In this document: piece after piece, positions 44,179-52,941 of the stretch
How positions within the stretch are numbered: the stretch's first letter is position 1
Layout: every line of letters begins with the position of its first letter
From: an uncultured Gammaproteobacteria bacterium
Lineage (GTDB): Bacteria > Patescibacteriota > Microgenomatia > Levybacterales > UBA12049
Direction of reading: 5' to 3'
Length of the DNA: 64,000 nucleotides
Assembly: GCA_964564035.1 (NCBI GenBank)
Contig: CAZLZN010000003.1
Span: 13,995 to 77,994, forward strand
Translations under genes and position numbers: made by a program
Notes under the pieces: model-generated
The model's database searches: none
What the model was told of the DNA's origin: nothing
What the model saw: only the letters and a program-made list of their open reading frames with translations

Positions 44179-45155
44179 TGGAGTGCTGTGCGCAGGTTAA
44201 TTAAATTATTTCTCATGACAGTTAGATAATTCTTGCCTGCACTTATATCATCATCCGACAAACCTTCTAGCGGGTCAAGTACCAAAGTTCGGGCACCCGT
44301 TTCGCTTGCTATCGTATTTGATAGTCTGGGGTTAACCAGAGTCTCAAAAAATATATATTCAATATCATTCTTTTTTACAAAATCCGACACTTCGGCAAGC
44401 TTTTGCGCGGACGGTTCTTCCTCCGGAGATATACCGGAAATTGAAACTTGATTCAAATTATATTGCCTGGCGATATAAGCAAACGCGGCGTGGGATGTAA
44501 CAAAATCTCTTTTTTTACAAGAAGACAACCCTTTTTGAAAATCTTCATCCAACAAACTCAGATCACTAAGCAGTTTTTTCTCATTTTCTTTGTAATAGGA
44601 CTCATTCATGGAGTCGCTTTTTACGAGCCCTTCTGTGATTTTCCGGACCATATCCTGCGCGATAACGGGACTAAGCCAAATATGAGGATCATATAGCTCT
44701 TCTCCGGCATGCACCTCTTCTTCAACTGCACCCTCCTCTTCATGCTCTGCGCCTTCGAGGAGCGTTATGCCTTCGGAAAGAACAGCATAATTAATTTTCT
44801 TCTCGTCTAAATCGCCTCTTATTTTCTCAAACCAGGGCTCAAAACCCGCTCCGTTTACGACAACCAAATCACTATTTTCAATTTCCGCTGCGTCACGCGG
44901 TGTTAACTCATAATCATGCGGCTCAACCCCCGGTGGAATAATCGCTTGCAAACTTATTTTGTCTCCGCCTATCCTCTCTGCAAAAAAATACAAAGGATAA
45001 AATGATGTTATGACTTGAATTTTGTTCTCATTTCGAGCATTTTCCGCCTGGCCGTTTCCTCCGGATGAATTATTATTCATAACAAAATACCACCCGCCGG
45101 CGGCAACAATCACGGCTAAAATAATCCATTTATATTTCATAATATTTTTATTCAT
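44166..45155 (-). CDS. znuA: Metal ABC transporter substrate-binding protein (ZnuA-like, His/Glu-rich loop)
   Basis: Cluster-9 SBP layout (HDYE, DPHIWL, H..F.Y) with an acidic, His-containing loop (EGAEHEEEGAVEEEVHAGEE) typical of zinc-specific members. Confidence 0.75.
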   Translation of the reverse strand: MNKNIMKYKWIILAVIVAAGGWYFVMNNNSSGGNGQAENARNENKIQVITSFYPLYFFAERIGGDKISLQAIIPPGVEPHDYELTPRDAAEIENSDLVVVNGAGFEPWFEKIRGDLDEKKINYAVLSEGITLLEGAEHEEEGAVEEEVHAGEELYDPHIWLSPVIAQDMVRKITEGLVKSDSMNESYYKENEKKLLSDLSLLDEDFQKGLSSCKKRDFVTSHAAFAYIARQYNLNQVSISGISPEEEPSAQKLAEVSDFVKKNDIEYIFFETLVNPRLSNTIASETGARTLVLDPLEGLSDDDISAGKNYLTVMRNNLINLRTALQCSL

Positions 45156-45212
45156 ATTACATTTTTATCAAACACTCTTTTTAACTTTATAACTTTATAA
45201 CTTTACGACTAA

Positions 45213-45644
45213 TTACTCCTGGCAATTCCTGCATAATCCGAAAAATTCCAGCGCATGGCTCTTCACAATAAATTTCTTTTTTCTTCTAATATCCTTCTCA
45301 AGCGCCGGTATCGCGCAATCGGAAAAAGATTCAACACTCCCGCAGGATGTACAAACCAGATGATGATGCTCCGGCTTGCTGGCAAGTTCGTACCTGAATT
45401 TTCCCTCATTAAATGAAACCTGCTTTGTTATTCCTTTTTGCGTAAAAGAATTCATCATCCTGAATACAGTTGCCGGATCGGCATCTATATTGCGTGCATC
45501 CAGATAGTCCATTACAGCATTTACGTCAATGGGCTCATTCACGCTTTCCAGAAGCTTCATAACCGCCAATCTGGCAGGAGTAGCCCTGAGTTCCGCGCTG
45601 TTTAATTCTTTTTTACAATTATGTTTTACACTAGCCGTTGTCAT
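45213..45644 (-). CDS. zur: Fur-family metalloregulator (probable Zur)
   Basis: Winged HTH (RATPARLAVMKLL), then HHHLVC..C and a terminal C..C pair (LCRNCQ). It is the first gene of the znuACB operon. I used the ATG at 45644. Confidence 0.75.
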   Translation of the reverse strand: MTTASVKHNCKKELNSAELRATPARLAVMKLLESVNEPIDVNAVMDYLDARNIDADPATVFRMMNSFTQKGITKQVSFNEGKFRYELASKPEHHHLVCTSCGSVESFSDCAIPALEKDIRRKKKFIVKSHALEFFGLCRNCQE

Positions 45645-45653
45645 ATAAAACAC

Positions 45654-45682
45654 ATTATTCCATAAATGCAATCAAATTGCAA
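45654..45682 (-). promoter_or_regulatory. Candidate zur promoter (TTGCAA-17-AATAAT, 9 nt to ATG) overlapped by a 6-3-6 palindrome
   Basis: Read on the minus strand: ttgcaa (45682-45677), a 17-nt spacer and aataat (45659-45654). The palindrome tgcaatcaaattgca (45667-45681) covers the -35 and spacer. Confidence 0.45.
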
Positions 45683-45686
45683 GTAG

Positions 45687-45715
45687 CAAAGAATCCCCAA
45701 TTAGGGGATTCTTTG
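45687..45715. other. Perfect 12-bp stem / 5-nt loop hairpin
   Basis: caaagaatcccc-aatta-ggggattctttg. It lies between the small minus-strand ORF and the zur promoter and has no flanking T-run. Confidence 0.6.
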
Positions 45716-45812
45716 AATGCATTGCGTAAAATAATAGTTTTTATTTTACCAACCGATTTATTACTTAAGTGGCAAAAGCATAAAGCGGCTAGTAATATAT
45801 ACAAAAAGTCCG

Positions 45813-45977
45813 TTAGGAGGAAAGTTTTGCCGCATCCTCTTTGCCGACAATTTTGAACAATTTTGTTCCATTAAGCTCAGCTTTCGCGGCCTTTTTACCA
45901 TTTTTCATAGTTACAAGCGTCACTTCACTATTCGGGACTTCAACTGTTTGTCTGGTTTTTACATTATAAAACTTCAA
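45813..45977 (-). CDS. Small protein (54 aa), Cys-less relative of a small zinc-ribbon family (not in the ORF track)
   Basis: TTG start 8 nt after a GGAGG. Translation: MKFYNVKTRQTVEVPNSEVTLVTMKNGKKAAKAELNGTKLFKIVGKEDAAKLSS. It overlaps the upstream gene's 3' end by 14 nt. The pattern VT.KNG+.A.K...GTK.F+I.GK recalls DUF5679-like zinc ribbons, from memory. Confidence 0.45.
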   Translation of the reverse strand: MKFYNVKTRQTVEVPNSEVTLVTMKNGKKAAKAELNGTKLFKIVGKEDAAKLSS

Positions 45978-46293
45978 TCTGATCACCTCCTCTCAAAGAA
46001 ACTACATTCATTAATCGATCTGTTTCTGATATCACTTGAAGCTCTGTCCACTTCGGATAACGAACATGCAATAATTCATGAATAATATCAGACATATACA
46101 GCTTCCTTGTATGATAAAGGTGAGCTTTAAGATTTGAATGATCTGCATGAATCCCCACAAACTCATTCCCGATGTTCATATCATCATCAACAACTTGCTC
46201 AGTACTAATCTTAAGTAAATCAATTTTATATTCGATGATTGAAAGTTTTTCCTTCCAAAATTCAATAAATGAAGAGATATTTTTATCACTCAT
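45964..46293 (-). CDS. Small HExxH-motif protein (putative zinc metallopeptidase-like)
   Basis: 109 aa with DIIHELLHV as the only recognisable motif. Confidence 0.45.
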   Translation of the reverse strand: MSDKNISSFIEFWKEKLSIIEYKIDLLKISTEQVVDDDMNIGNEFVGIHADHSNLKAHLYHTRKLYMSDIIHELLHVRYPKWTELQVISETDRLMNVVSLRGGDQIEVL

Positions 46294-46296
46294 AAT

Positions 46297-46335
46297 CGCA
46301 ACTTAATTGCGATTATTATATGCAATTAACTTGCG
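46297..46335. promoter_or_regulatory. Two GCAA-N5-TTGC palindromes (candidate Zur/Fur-family operators)
   Basis: cgcaacttaattgcg (46297-46311) and tgcaattaacttgcg (46321-46335) share a core with tgcaatcaaattgca at 45667-45681. Confidence 0.45.
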
Positions 46336-46343
46336 TTAGTCAA
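46315..46343 (-). promoter_or_regulatory. Near-consensus promoter TTGACT-17-TATAAT for the HExxH / small-ORF transcription unit
   Basis: Read on the minus strand: ttgact (46343-46338), a 17-nt spacer containing one palindrome, and tataat (46320-46315). The second palindrome lies between -10 and the ATG. Confidence 0.55.
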
Positions 46344-46373
46344 TACCCATTTTTACATTACCTATTTAAATAT

Positions 46374-47504
46374 TTACGCTGATTTAAAAAAACTCTTAAA
46401 CGTCAAGCCCCTAAGTGCTATATATGAAGCCAGAAATGTAGTTATCGGGACGGCAAGTATCAACGCGCTTGAACCCGCTATGGTAGCAATTATCTCCTCC
46501 ATTGTAGTTTCGTTATTTAAAATCACCCACCAGGGAAGACTTGCCGGATTTAAAGCAATAAAAATAAATATCCCGATCGACGATCCCGCGTAAGCCAAAA
46601 CCAAAGTATTGACCATAGATGCTATATGTTCTTTGCCAATATCCATACCCTTTCTGAATAATTCAAAAAAATTCTGTTTCGGATTTTCTTTGACGATCGT
46701 AAAAATAGTAATCGCCTGAGTGGTAGTTATGTCATTTAAAGCGCCAAGCGTACCGATAAGAATAGCCCCAAGCAAAATCCCCTGCGTGTTATAAATTATA
46801 TTTGCACCTGATTGAAGCTGATAAATATCCTCATTACCAAGACCTGTCAAAGAAAGCGCTCCTGTTAAAACAGTAGATAGCCAGCCGGTAATTATCAAGG
46901 ATAATGCAGTACCCGCGACGGCGACGGAAGTTTTGAGATTAAACCCGTGCGCGATATATGTTGTAAAAAATAAAATAATACATGCGCCGATTACGACAAT
47001 CCGTACAGGATCCGAACCGCTCACTATTTGCGGAATGACCCACTGACTGATGATCAATAGACTGATCACAAGTCCCGCAAATGCCCCGATACCTTTTTTA
47101 CCGCCTACCAGAAAAATCAATATCAAAAAACCTATTACGGCATACATCAATCCATCCAATCTATAAGGCTCAAAAATAGAATAAAACTCATCGCCTTTAT
47201 CATTTACTTTTATATTTACAACTACTTTTTCGCCTTTTTTCAAATCGAACGTTTTTAATTTTGGATTAATTGTCCTGTCTGTTTGTACCAATCTGTCTTT
47301 ATACTCACCCTCCAAAATCCTGATCTGGACTGACTGCGAAACATATTCCGAAGCGTTAGAAATTACAGTTTTTTCTTCAAATACTTTTTCAATCTCCCCC
47401 AGAACATATAAATCTTTAACTTTATTTGTCTGCGCGAATATTGTTTCTGTTGAAAAAAACAATAAAATAAATAGTATTAAAATCGTATAAAAATATCTCA
47501 GCAT
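46374..47504 (-). CDS. YibE/F-like polytopic membrane protein
   Basis: 376 aa with a signal/TM segment, a ~100-aa extracytoplasmic beta-rich domain and 7 TM helices. The family call is from memory of the architecture only. Confidence 0.45.
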   Translation of the reverse strand: MLRYFYTILILFILLFFSTETIFAQTNKVKDLYVLGEIEKVFEEKTVISNASEYVSQSVQIRILEGEYKDRLVQTDRTINPKLKTFDLKKGEKVVVNIKVNDKGDEFYSIFEPYRLDGLMYAVIGFLILIFLVGGKKGIGAFAGLVISLLIISQWVIPQIVSGSDPVRIVVIGACIILFFTTYIAHGFNLKTSVAVAGTALSLIITGWLSTVLTGALSLTGLGNEDIYQLQSGANIIYNTQGILLGAILIGTLGALNDITTTQAITIFTIVKENPKQNFFELFRKGMDIGKEHIASMVNTLVLAYAGSSIGIFIFIALNPASLPWWVILNNETTMEEIIATIAGSSALILAVPITTFLASYIALRGLTFKSFFKSA

Positions 47505-47604
47505 AAAAATTATTATATACTACACCGCAATCAGTTTACAAAAATTTGGTATATACCTCCTTAGCTTTGCCATTTCGCTCTATAGAGCTTCGTAGACATA
47601 GATC

Positions 47605-47644
47605 AAAAATTGCCTGCCCCTTCGTAGCTTTAGCGAAGTGGGGC
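47605..47644 (-). terminator. Weak candidate terminator downstream of hsdS
   Basis: Imperfect GC-rich hairpin (gcccc.ttcg / cgaag.t.gggg, 47616-47644) followed on the minus strand by aggcaattttt. The stem-to-T-run spacing is not ideal. Confidence 0.3.
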
Positions 47645-47692
47645 TTCGCGGCATTATACAAGTCTGTATTATGAAAGCAAAGGGGTATAGCA

Positions 47693-49015
47693 TTAACTTG
47701 ATGACATCTTGGAAATGCTGAAAGACTCAGCGTTTTTTCTCAAAATTTCAACTGCCCGATTAAATTTATAAAAAGAATCACCTGCTAATTGGGAAATTAT
47801 TTTTTGCGTCTTCGCATCGGCAAGTGGAATCTTTATATTATTTATAGAATCAATATTTAAATGGGGAACTAGCGATCCCCCGCTTTGCCTAACCATCTGT
47901 CTTATACAAAATTCGGAATTAAGACACATTGCAATATAAGACGGATCAAACTCCTCATTCACATTTATTCTGACGACCCCCGAAGATATTATCGCTTTTA
48001 CAAAATTTGTCATCTTGCATGCAACCCCAATCTTGCCGTCTTTGACTAATAGAACTTCGTTTCTTCGCGGCTGATATTTATCGGATATTTTTTTATAGTA
48101 TTTTTCAGAGACAAACTTCTGGCTCTTATCATCAATTCCAAATTTACTAATATTGCTTGGTCTTAAAAATAAAATTCCGTTTTTAGTATACATATCTCTG
48201 CCCGGCTCAATTCCCCTGGATATTTCACTGATTTTATGAAGCAGTAAATATTTTAATTTTTGTAAAATATTATATGAATCATTAACAAAAAACTCGGCAT
48301 CCATCCGTTTCGCTTTTTTTAAAATTGAAAAATCACAAAAATTTTTAATTATCCCCGCTTCCCCGTCTACGGAACTGATTAAACCTCTCAAAATCCGCTC
48401 AGCGCGATTATAATCGTTTTTAGATTCTCTTAATAATTTCAGCGCCTTTTTCACCCTTTTACCAACTATATTCTGTTCCTTAATAGACAATATCGGAATT
48501 TCAATTTCTGAAAAATTATTAATATTAATACTGGATAAAGAAACTTTCTTAACAATGTTTTCGATTTGCTTTTTTGCTTTTTCTGAATTTAAGTAAGCAA
48601 GTAAAAAATAGGGATTACACAATTTCTTATTGACTCTAATGACTAATAAATTGGAGCTGATCAAACACTTCCCTCGATCAATTATTCCGCATTTAAAGTC
48701 ACCGATCCGCCCGATTAATATATCCTCTTTTTTATAAAATTTTATTTTGTTTTTTACAATATTTTTTATATCTGCAAAAACAAACCGTCCGTTATCACAT
48801 TTCCATCCGTCCAGATTTGATGGCCTTACTATACTAACCCCGTCCGATATATAATTATCAGCTCTCAGTACAGACCCCGACGGACCGGTCTCTATAAATT
48901 CACAAAGGTCTTTTAATTTGACAAAAATAATATTTTTATTTACATTATTTCTATAAAATTCGGCATCCATTCTTCCTGAAAAATTTATATATGAAAAATC
49001 AACCAAACTATACAT
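47693..49015 (-). CDS. hsdS: Type I restriction-modification specificity subunit (HsdS, two target-recognition domains)
   Basis: Two repeated halves, each beginning ..RMDAEFY/F.. plus a conserved helical spacer. I chose the ATG at 49015 (MYSLVDF..), 5 nt after the hsdM stop. The gene is very AT-rich. Confidence 0.7.
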   Translation of the reverse strand: MYSLVDFSYINFSGRMDAEFYRNNVNKNIIFVKLKDLCEFIETGPSGSVLRADNYISDGVSIVRPSNLDGWKCDNGRFVFADIKNIVKNKIKFYKKEDILIGRIGDFKCGIIDRGKCLISSNLLVIRVNKKLCNPYFLLAYLNSEKAKKQIENIVKKVSLSSININNFSEIEIPILSIKEQNIVGKRVKKALKLLRESKNDYNRAERILRGLISSVDGEAGIIKNFCDFSILKKAKRMDAEFFVNDSYNILQKLKYLLLHKISEISRGIEPGRDMYTKNGILFLRPSNISKFGIDDKSQKFVSEKYYKKISDKYQPRRNEVLLVKDGKIGVACKMTNFVKAIISSGVVRINVNEEFDPSYIAMCLNSEFCIRQMVRQSGGSLVPHLNIDSINNIKIPLADAKTQKIISQLAGDSFYKFNRAVEILRKNAESFSISKMSSS

Positions 49016-49019
49016 ATAA

Positions 49020-50162
49020 TTAAAATCCCGAATTATTCTTTTCAATATAATTATTAAAATCATTTTTAATCTCATAAAGATCCGTATCGATTATTTTACG
49101 ATTATTATAATTTCTAAATAACAACTTTCCCGCCCTGTTCTTCCCGCTATTTTTTGATACCGCCATAAAAATAGAATAATCTTTAAGCGGCTTTTCTTTC
49201 CATTTATGGATAAATAAAAGGCTGGTCTTTACATTGGTAAATGGTTTGAAAGTATTCGTATCCAGACTGACAACACCAAGAATACGGCATTTACTATAAA
49301 TCCACTCCCTGACATAATTAAGATTTGTGTTATTTAAAACTCCCTGAGGCACAACTATGCACGCCCTCCCACCCGGCTTTAATAATTTAATTATCTTTTC
49401 GATAAATAATATATGTCTCTCAACTATATTTTTTTTCATACCGTTTTTATTATTAGCTAATTCATAATCCGCTAATAACTCACAGTCCTTAACCTCTCCT
49501 CCGAATGGCGGATTAGTCATAATCACATCATAAAAATTCTCTTTGTAATTCGGGTCTTCCATGCTCTTCAACGCATCTGCGCTTATTATTTTTATATTAC
49601 GAAATCCGGTCATCAGCATCATGATTTCCGCAACTCTCCGCATTTGTTTATCAAAATCAATTCCAAAAATATTCTTATCGGTCTTCATGTAATTCGCGCT
49701 GTGCAGTAAAAATCCTCCTGATCCGCAGGCAGGGTCAAGAATAGTTTCGCCTTTTTTTGGATCAAGAATTTCGATTATCACATCAATTATGTGTCTCGGC
49801 GTAAAATATTGTCCCCTGTTTCCTTTCGCTTTTTTTGGTAATAAATACTCAAACGCGCTGTCAATTATTTCCAATTTCGAAGATTTTAGTTTGGTGTTTT
49901 TCAACAAGTTAAAAATATTATCTAACGGCTTATCATCAAGCTCCAAAATGTTTTCATTCTGAAAAATACCCGGCCATTCTTTTTTTACTTCGGCAAAAAC
50001 CTCCCGAGGATTATCCAATGTCTTATTTATTTTCTCTGAAAAAAGTTTTATGGATATTATTTTCAGTATCTCCTCAAACGGATCGCAGCCGCTTGACGTC
50101 AAAATAATCTCCTCCATTTCTTTTACTAATCCCGGTAAATCATCTTCTTTATACACAGCCAT
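49020..50162 (-). CDS. hsdM: N6-adenine DNA methyltransferase, compact HsdM-like
   Basis: Contains GQYFTPRHI, motif I DPACGSGGFL and motif IV NPPFGG in 380 aa, which is shorter than typical HsdM. Confidence 0.8.
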   Translation of the reverse strand: MAVYKEDDLPGLVKEMEEIILTSSGCDPFEEILKIISIKLFSEKINKTLDNPREVFAEVKKEWPGIFQNENILELDDKPLDNIFNLLKNTKLKSSKLEIIDSAFEYLLPKKAKGNRGQYFTPRHIIDVIIEILDPKKGETILDPACGSGGFLLHSANYMKTDKNIFGIDFDKQMRRVAEIMMLMTGFRNIKIISADALKSMEDPNYKENFYDVIMTNPPFGGEVKDCELLADYELANNKNGMKKNIVERHILFIEKIIKLLKPGGRACIVVPQGVLNNTNLNYVREWIYSKCRILGVVSLDTNTFKPFTNVKTSLLFIHKWKEKPLKDYSIFMAVSKNSGKNRAGKLLFRNYNNRKIIDTDLYEIKNDFNNYIEKNNSGF

Positions 50163-50285
50163 AATCCTACTTCATGATTGGCACCAAAGTCAACATAAAT
50201 GGCTTTACATAATTCTGCTTATTCTATTATTAACTGCTTACCATAAACTGATAAGCTTTCTTTAAAGGAGGTGATTATTTTGGGA

Positions 50286-50429
50286 ATGATTGAAACTATT
50301 ATTGCCGTGCTGATAATAATTTGGCTGGCAGGATTTTTTTTGAATTTTGCCGGGGGATTGATACATATACTTCTGGTAATTGCTGTAATTATTTTTATTT
50401 ACAGAATGCTTAGACGCTCACGTATCTAA
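50286..50429 (+). CDS. Small hydrophobic protein, lmo0937-family-like (47 aa; not in the ORF track)
   Basis: AAGGAGG at 50265-50271. Translation: MIETIIAVLIIIWLAGFFLNFAGGLIHILLVIAVIIFIYRMLRRSRI. A TTG at 50280 is an alternative start. The GGLIH.LLVIAVI core matches my memory of this family. Confidence 0.55.
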   Translation: MIETIIAVLIIIWLAGFFLNFAGGLIHILLVIAVIIFIYRMLRRSRI

Positions 50430-50983
50430 TCGCTTTTCGGCAAAATTTTAGACAGTTTTCTAAAATCCTGCATAATAATTTCCTTAAGCGGGGGAAATCT
50501 GATGCCCGCCGCGGGATGAAGCGTCACCATATATTTACGTCCGTTTCGCTCGAGAATCTCGCCGTGCCGCGACTTGACCGGAATTTTTTCGCCAAGTACG
50601 CCCTGCACCGCGACGTTGCCCAGTAAGACAATTATTTTTGGATCAATAACTTCAAGCTGACGATCCAAATGAATTTTGCCGTGTTTGATATCGGAAGGAC
50701 TGGGCGTCCCCCTATCCGGCAGATACTTAACCGGACTTGTAATATAAACTTCCCGCTCCCTAAGCCCGCTATCGACAATTAATGATCTTAATAACTTTCC
50801 TGATCTCCCTATAAACGGCCTGCCCGATAAAGCCTCCTGCTTTCCCGGTGCCTCACCTATAAACACAACTTCCGCATCAGAATTACCCTCACCAACTACA
50901 GCCTTTCCTGATTTTCCAATTGGACATATTTTACAATTAATAATCTCATCGTTAACTTTTTGCAGCAGTGCGGTTTTGTTCAT
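50426..50983 (-). CDS. Uracil-DNA glycosylase, family 4
   Basis: C-x2-C near the N terminus, then GEGN..A.VVFIGEAPG..E...G.PF.G.SGKLL, and a C-terminal HP motif. Confidence 0.85.
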   Translation of the reverse strand: MNKTALLQKVNDEIINCKICPIGKSGKAVVGEGNSDAEVVFIGEAPGKQEALSGRPFIGRSGKLLRSLIVDSGLREREVYITSPVKYLPDRGTPSPSDIKHGKIHLDRQLEVIDPKIIVLLGNVAVQGVLGEKIPVKSRHGEILERNGRKYMVTLHPAAGIRFPPLKEIIMQDFRKLSKILPKSD

Positions 50984-50992
50984 TATAAAAAA

Positions 50993-51979
50993 TTAAAAAA
51001 GATGGTTATCTGTTAAATGCGCTCCTCTTGAAGGATAATTTATAATAGTCTTTTGCACTTCTTCAACTTCTGACAATTTTGAAGTTAGCTCATCAACATC
51101 TTTTTTCTGAACTATCAAATGAATATCTTGCCCTGTATTGACTGTGAAATACACCTCCAGACCTTCGCTTCTCCACTTTTTTACCAGATGCATTATTTTC
51201 AGACTCGCAGGAAGAAGATAGATCAAAGAAGGCGTACTGGTCAGCATTATAGAGTGAAGTTCCAAAGCCTCAGCCTCCAGAAGTTCCCCAAAACCTGTAA
51301 AATTTTTATCATTCATAAGCTTCTTTATTTTATCTATTTTTTCCCTCATGTGGTTTTTCCGTAATTCAAAAAACGGACTTGAAGCGGCAAGTTTCTGGCC
51401 GGAAGTTGTGCTGACTTCTTTTTTATTTTTACTGACAACAGCGACCACATCCGCGATATCCCAATAATCAGGCTTAAATATCGATACGGCATAAGACGCA
51501 TCCGACGAATCACCATCCAGCCATTCAACAAACCCGTCAGGAATCGAACGGCATGCAGATCCCGAACCTTGCCTCGCGAGAATCGACAATTCTTTTTCCG
51601 GTAAATTTAGTCCTGCCGCGCTAGCCGCTGCAACCGTCAAAGCCGCGAATCCGGACGCGGACGAAGATAACCCTGTTCCGCTCGGAAAATTATTATTGGT
51701 TACGACCTTCGCGCGGTCCATTATATTCACGGTTTTTCTTATTCGATCCAGATGCACAATAGCCCTGTTGCCTTCATTTTCTTCCTGAATACCGTTGATA
51801 ATAATTGTGTCTTGTTTATATTCGGAGCCAAACTCAACAGTCGTTGTTGTAAGCAAATTACTTAAACACATCGATATGCTTCCGTTCTCAGGAAGCCTGA
51901 GTACCTCATCCTTCTTTCCCCAATATTTTATAAACGCAATATTTGATGGTGCTACAGCCGTCGCTTTCATATCTATCAT
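50993..51979 (-). CDS. mvaD: Diphosphomevalonate (or phosphomevalonate) decarboxylase
   Basis: APSNIAFIKYWGKKD, the GHMP motif PSGTGLSSSASGFAAL and an SGSACRS motif. Confidence 0.85.
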   Translation of the reverse strand: MIDMKATAVAPSNIAFIKYWGKKDEVLRLPENGSISMCLSNLLTTTTVEFGSEYKQDTIIINGIQEENEGNRAIVHLDRIRKTVNIMDRAKVVTNNNFPSGTGLSSSASGFAALTVAAASAAGLNLPEKELSILARQGSGSACRSIPDGFVEWLDGDSSDASYAVSIFKPDYWDIADVVAVVSKNKKEVSTTSGQKLAASSPFFELRKNHMREKIDKIKKLMNDKNFTGFGELLEAEALELHSIMLTSTPSLIYLLPASLKIMHLVKKWRSEGLEVYFTVNTGQDIHLIVQKKDVDELTSKLSEVEEVQKTIINYPSRGAHLTDNHLF

Positions 51980-52089
51980 TAATTATATACAAGTCGTTGC
52001 CCATTTTGCATATTATTTCATCCAAAATGGGCGTGCGTTTGTGTCTACCCGTAGCAAATTCATTTGCAAGTGGTATAACAAAAATCTGT

Positions 52090-52941
52090 TCAAATTAACT
52101 TAAAATGCCTGAATATATCTATAAGCCCGTCATCGTCTATATGCCCTCCAATAATCTGCTTCTCATCTTCCAAATTAATTTGATCCTTCAAATCCTGCAT
52201 AGCGTTACCCATCGCCGCTTTATATCCGCAAATTTGTATAAAATCCCAATCATGAAGAGTATCGCCGACGCCCAAAACATCGGAAGTACTTATACCCAAA
52301 AAACCGGCCAGCTTTTTTACACCCGTTTGTTTCGAAACACCTTTTGACGTAACGACCATAACCTGCACGGGCGTAATATGAGGATTTGTCGTCCAGTTAT
52401 AATCAATTTTATCCGACAATTTTTTCACTGCTTCCGTAATTTTTTTCTTCTCAGTTTCATCAAAGGAAAAAATATTTATTTTTGTAATGCATTCATCTTT
52501 TACGGCGTCAATTAAGCTGTCAACAAGCACAGGCTCATGATCTAAAAATCTCGAATATAAATCGGTAAAATCATTTTTTATGTCTTTAAGTAAAAAATAT
52601 TTTTCCGGACTGAATGGATTTACATAAGAAGCATCAGGCAATAACTCAAAAAGCTCTTTTAGCACTTCGTATCTCACCTGCGATACGCTTATTATTTCAT
52701 TCTTTACCGGATTAATTATCGTCCCGCCGCCGTCGGCGATATGTGCATTGTCTATACCTACAGCTTTTATATTTTGTATTGCGGTAATTGTTGGTTTACC
52801 TGTTATAAAACTGACAGGGATACCGCTATTGTGAATTTGTTGAAGAGCCGATATGACTTTCTTACTGGGATGCGGAAAATTATAGCCGTCCTTACTCCCG
52901 ACAACCACACCGTCTATATCCAAAACAACAGCCTTAATCAT
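52090..52941 (-). CDS. HAD-superfamily hydrolase, Cof-type phosphatase
   Basis: Motif I VVLDIDGV, motif II SFITGK and motifs III/IV GVGDTLHDWDF. The cap region is Cof-like. Confidence 0.75.
   Translation of the reverse strand: MIKAVVLDIDGVVVGSKDGYNFPHPSKKVISALQQIHNSGIPVSFITGKPTITAIQNIKAVGIDNAHIADGGGTIINPVKNEIISVSQVRYEVLKELFELLPDASYVNPFSPEKYFLLKDIKNDFTDLYSRFLDHEPVLVDSLIDAVKDECITKINIFSFDETEKKKITEAVKKLSDKIDYNWTTNPHITPVQVMVVTSKGVSKQTGVKKLAGFLGISTSDVLGVGDTLHDWDFIQICGYKAAMGNAMQDLKDQINLEDEKQIIGGHIDDDGLIDIFRHFKLI

Noticed and set aside
45181-45212. Tandem taacttta x3 between zur and znuA as a regulatory site
   Set aside because: It is too short and AT-rich to distinguish from the general AT-rich intercistronic style. 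It has no dyad symmetry and no similarity to the GCAA-N5-TTGC motif.
45638-45856. 72-aa plus-strand ORF
   Set aside because: It runs through the zur promoter/operator and the 12-bp hairpin, antisense to the better-supported 54-aa minus-strand ORF that has a GGAGG site.
47504-47693. Gap beside the R-M island as an integration site (att or tRNA fragment) or mobile-element end
   Set aside because: I found only an imperfect hairpin and short direct repeats (cttcgtag twice). There is no integrase, transposase or terminal inverted repeat.
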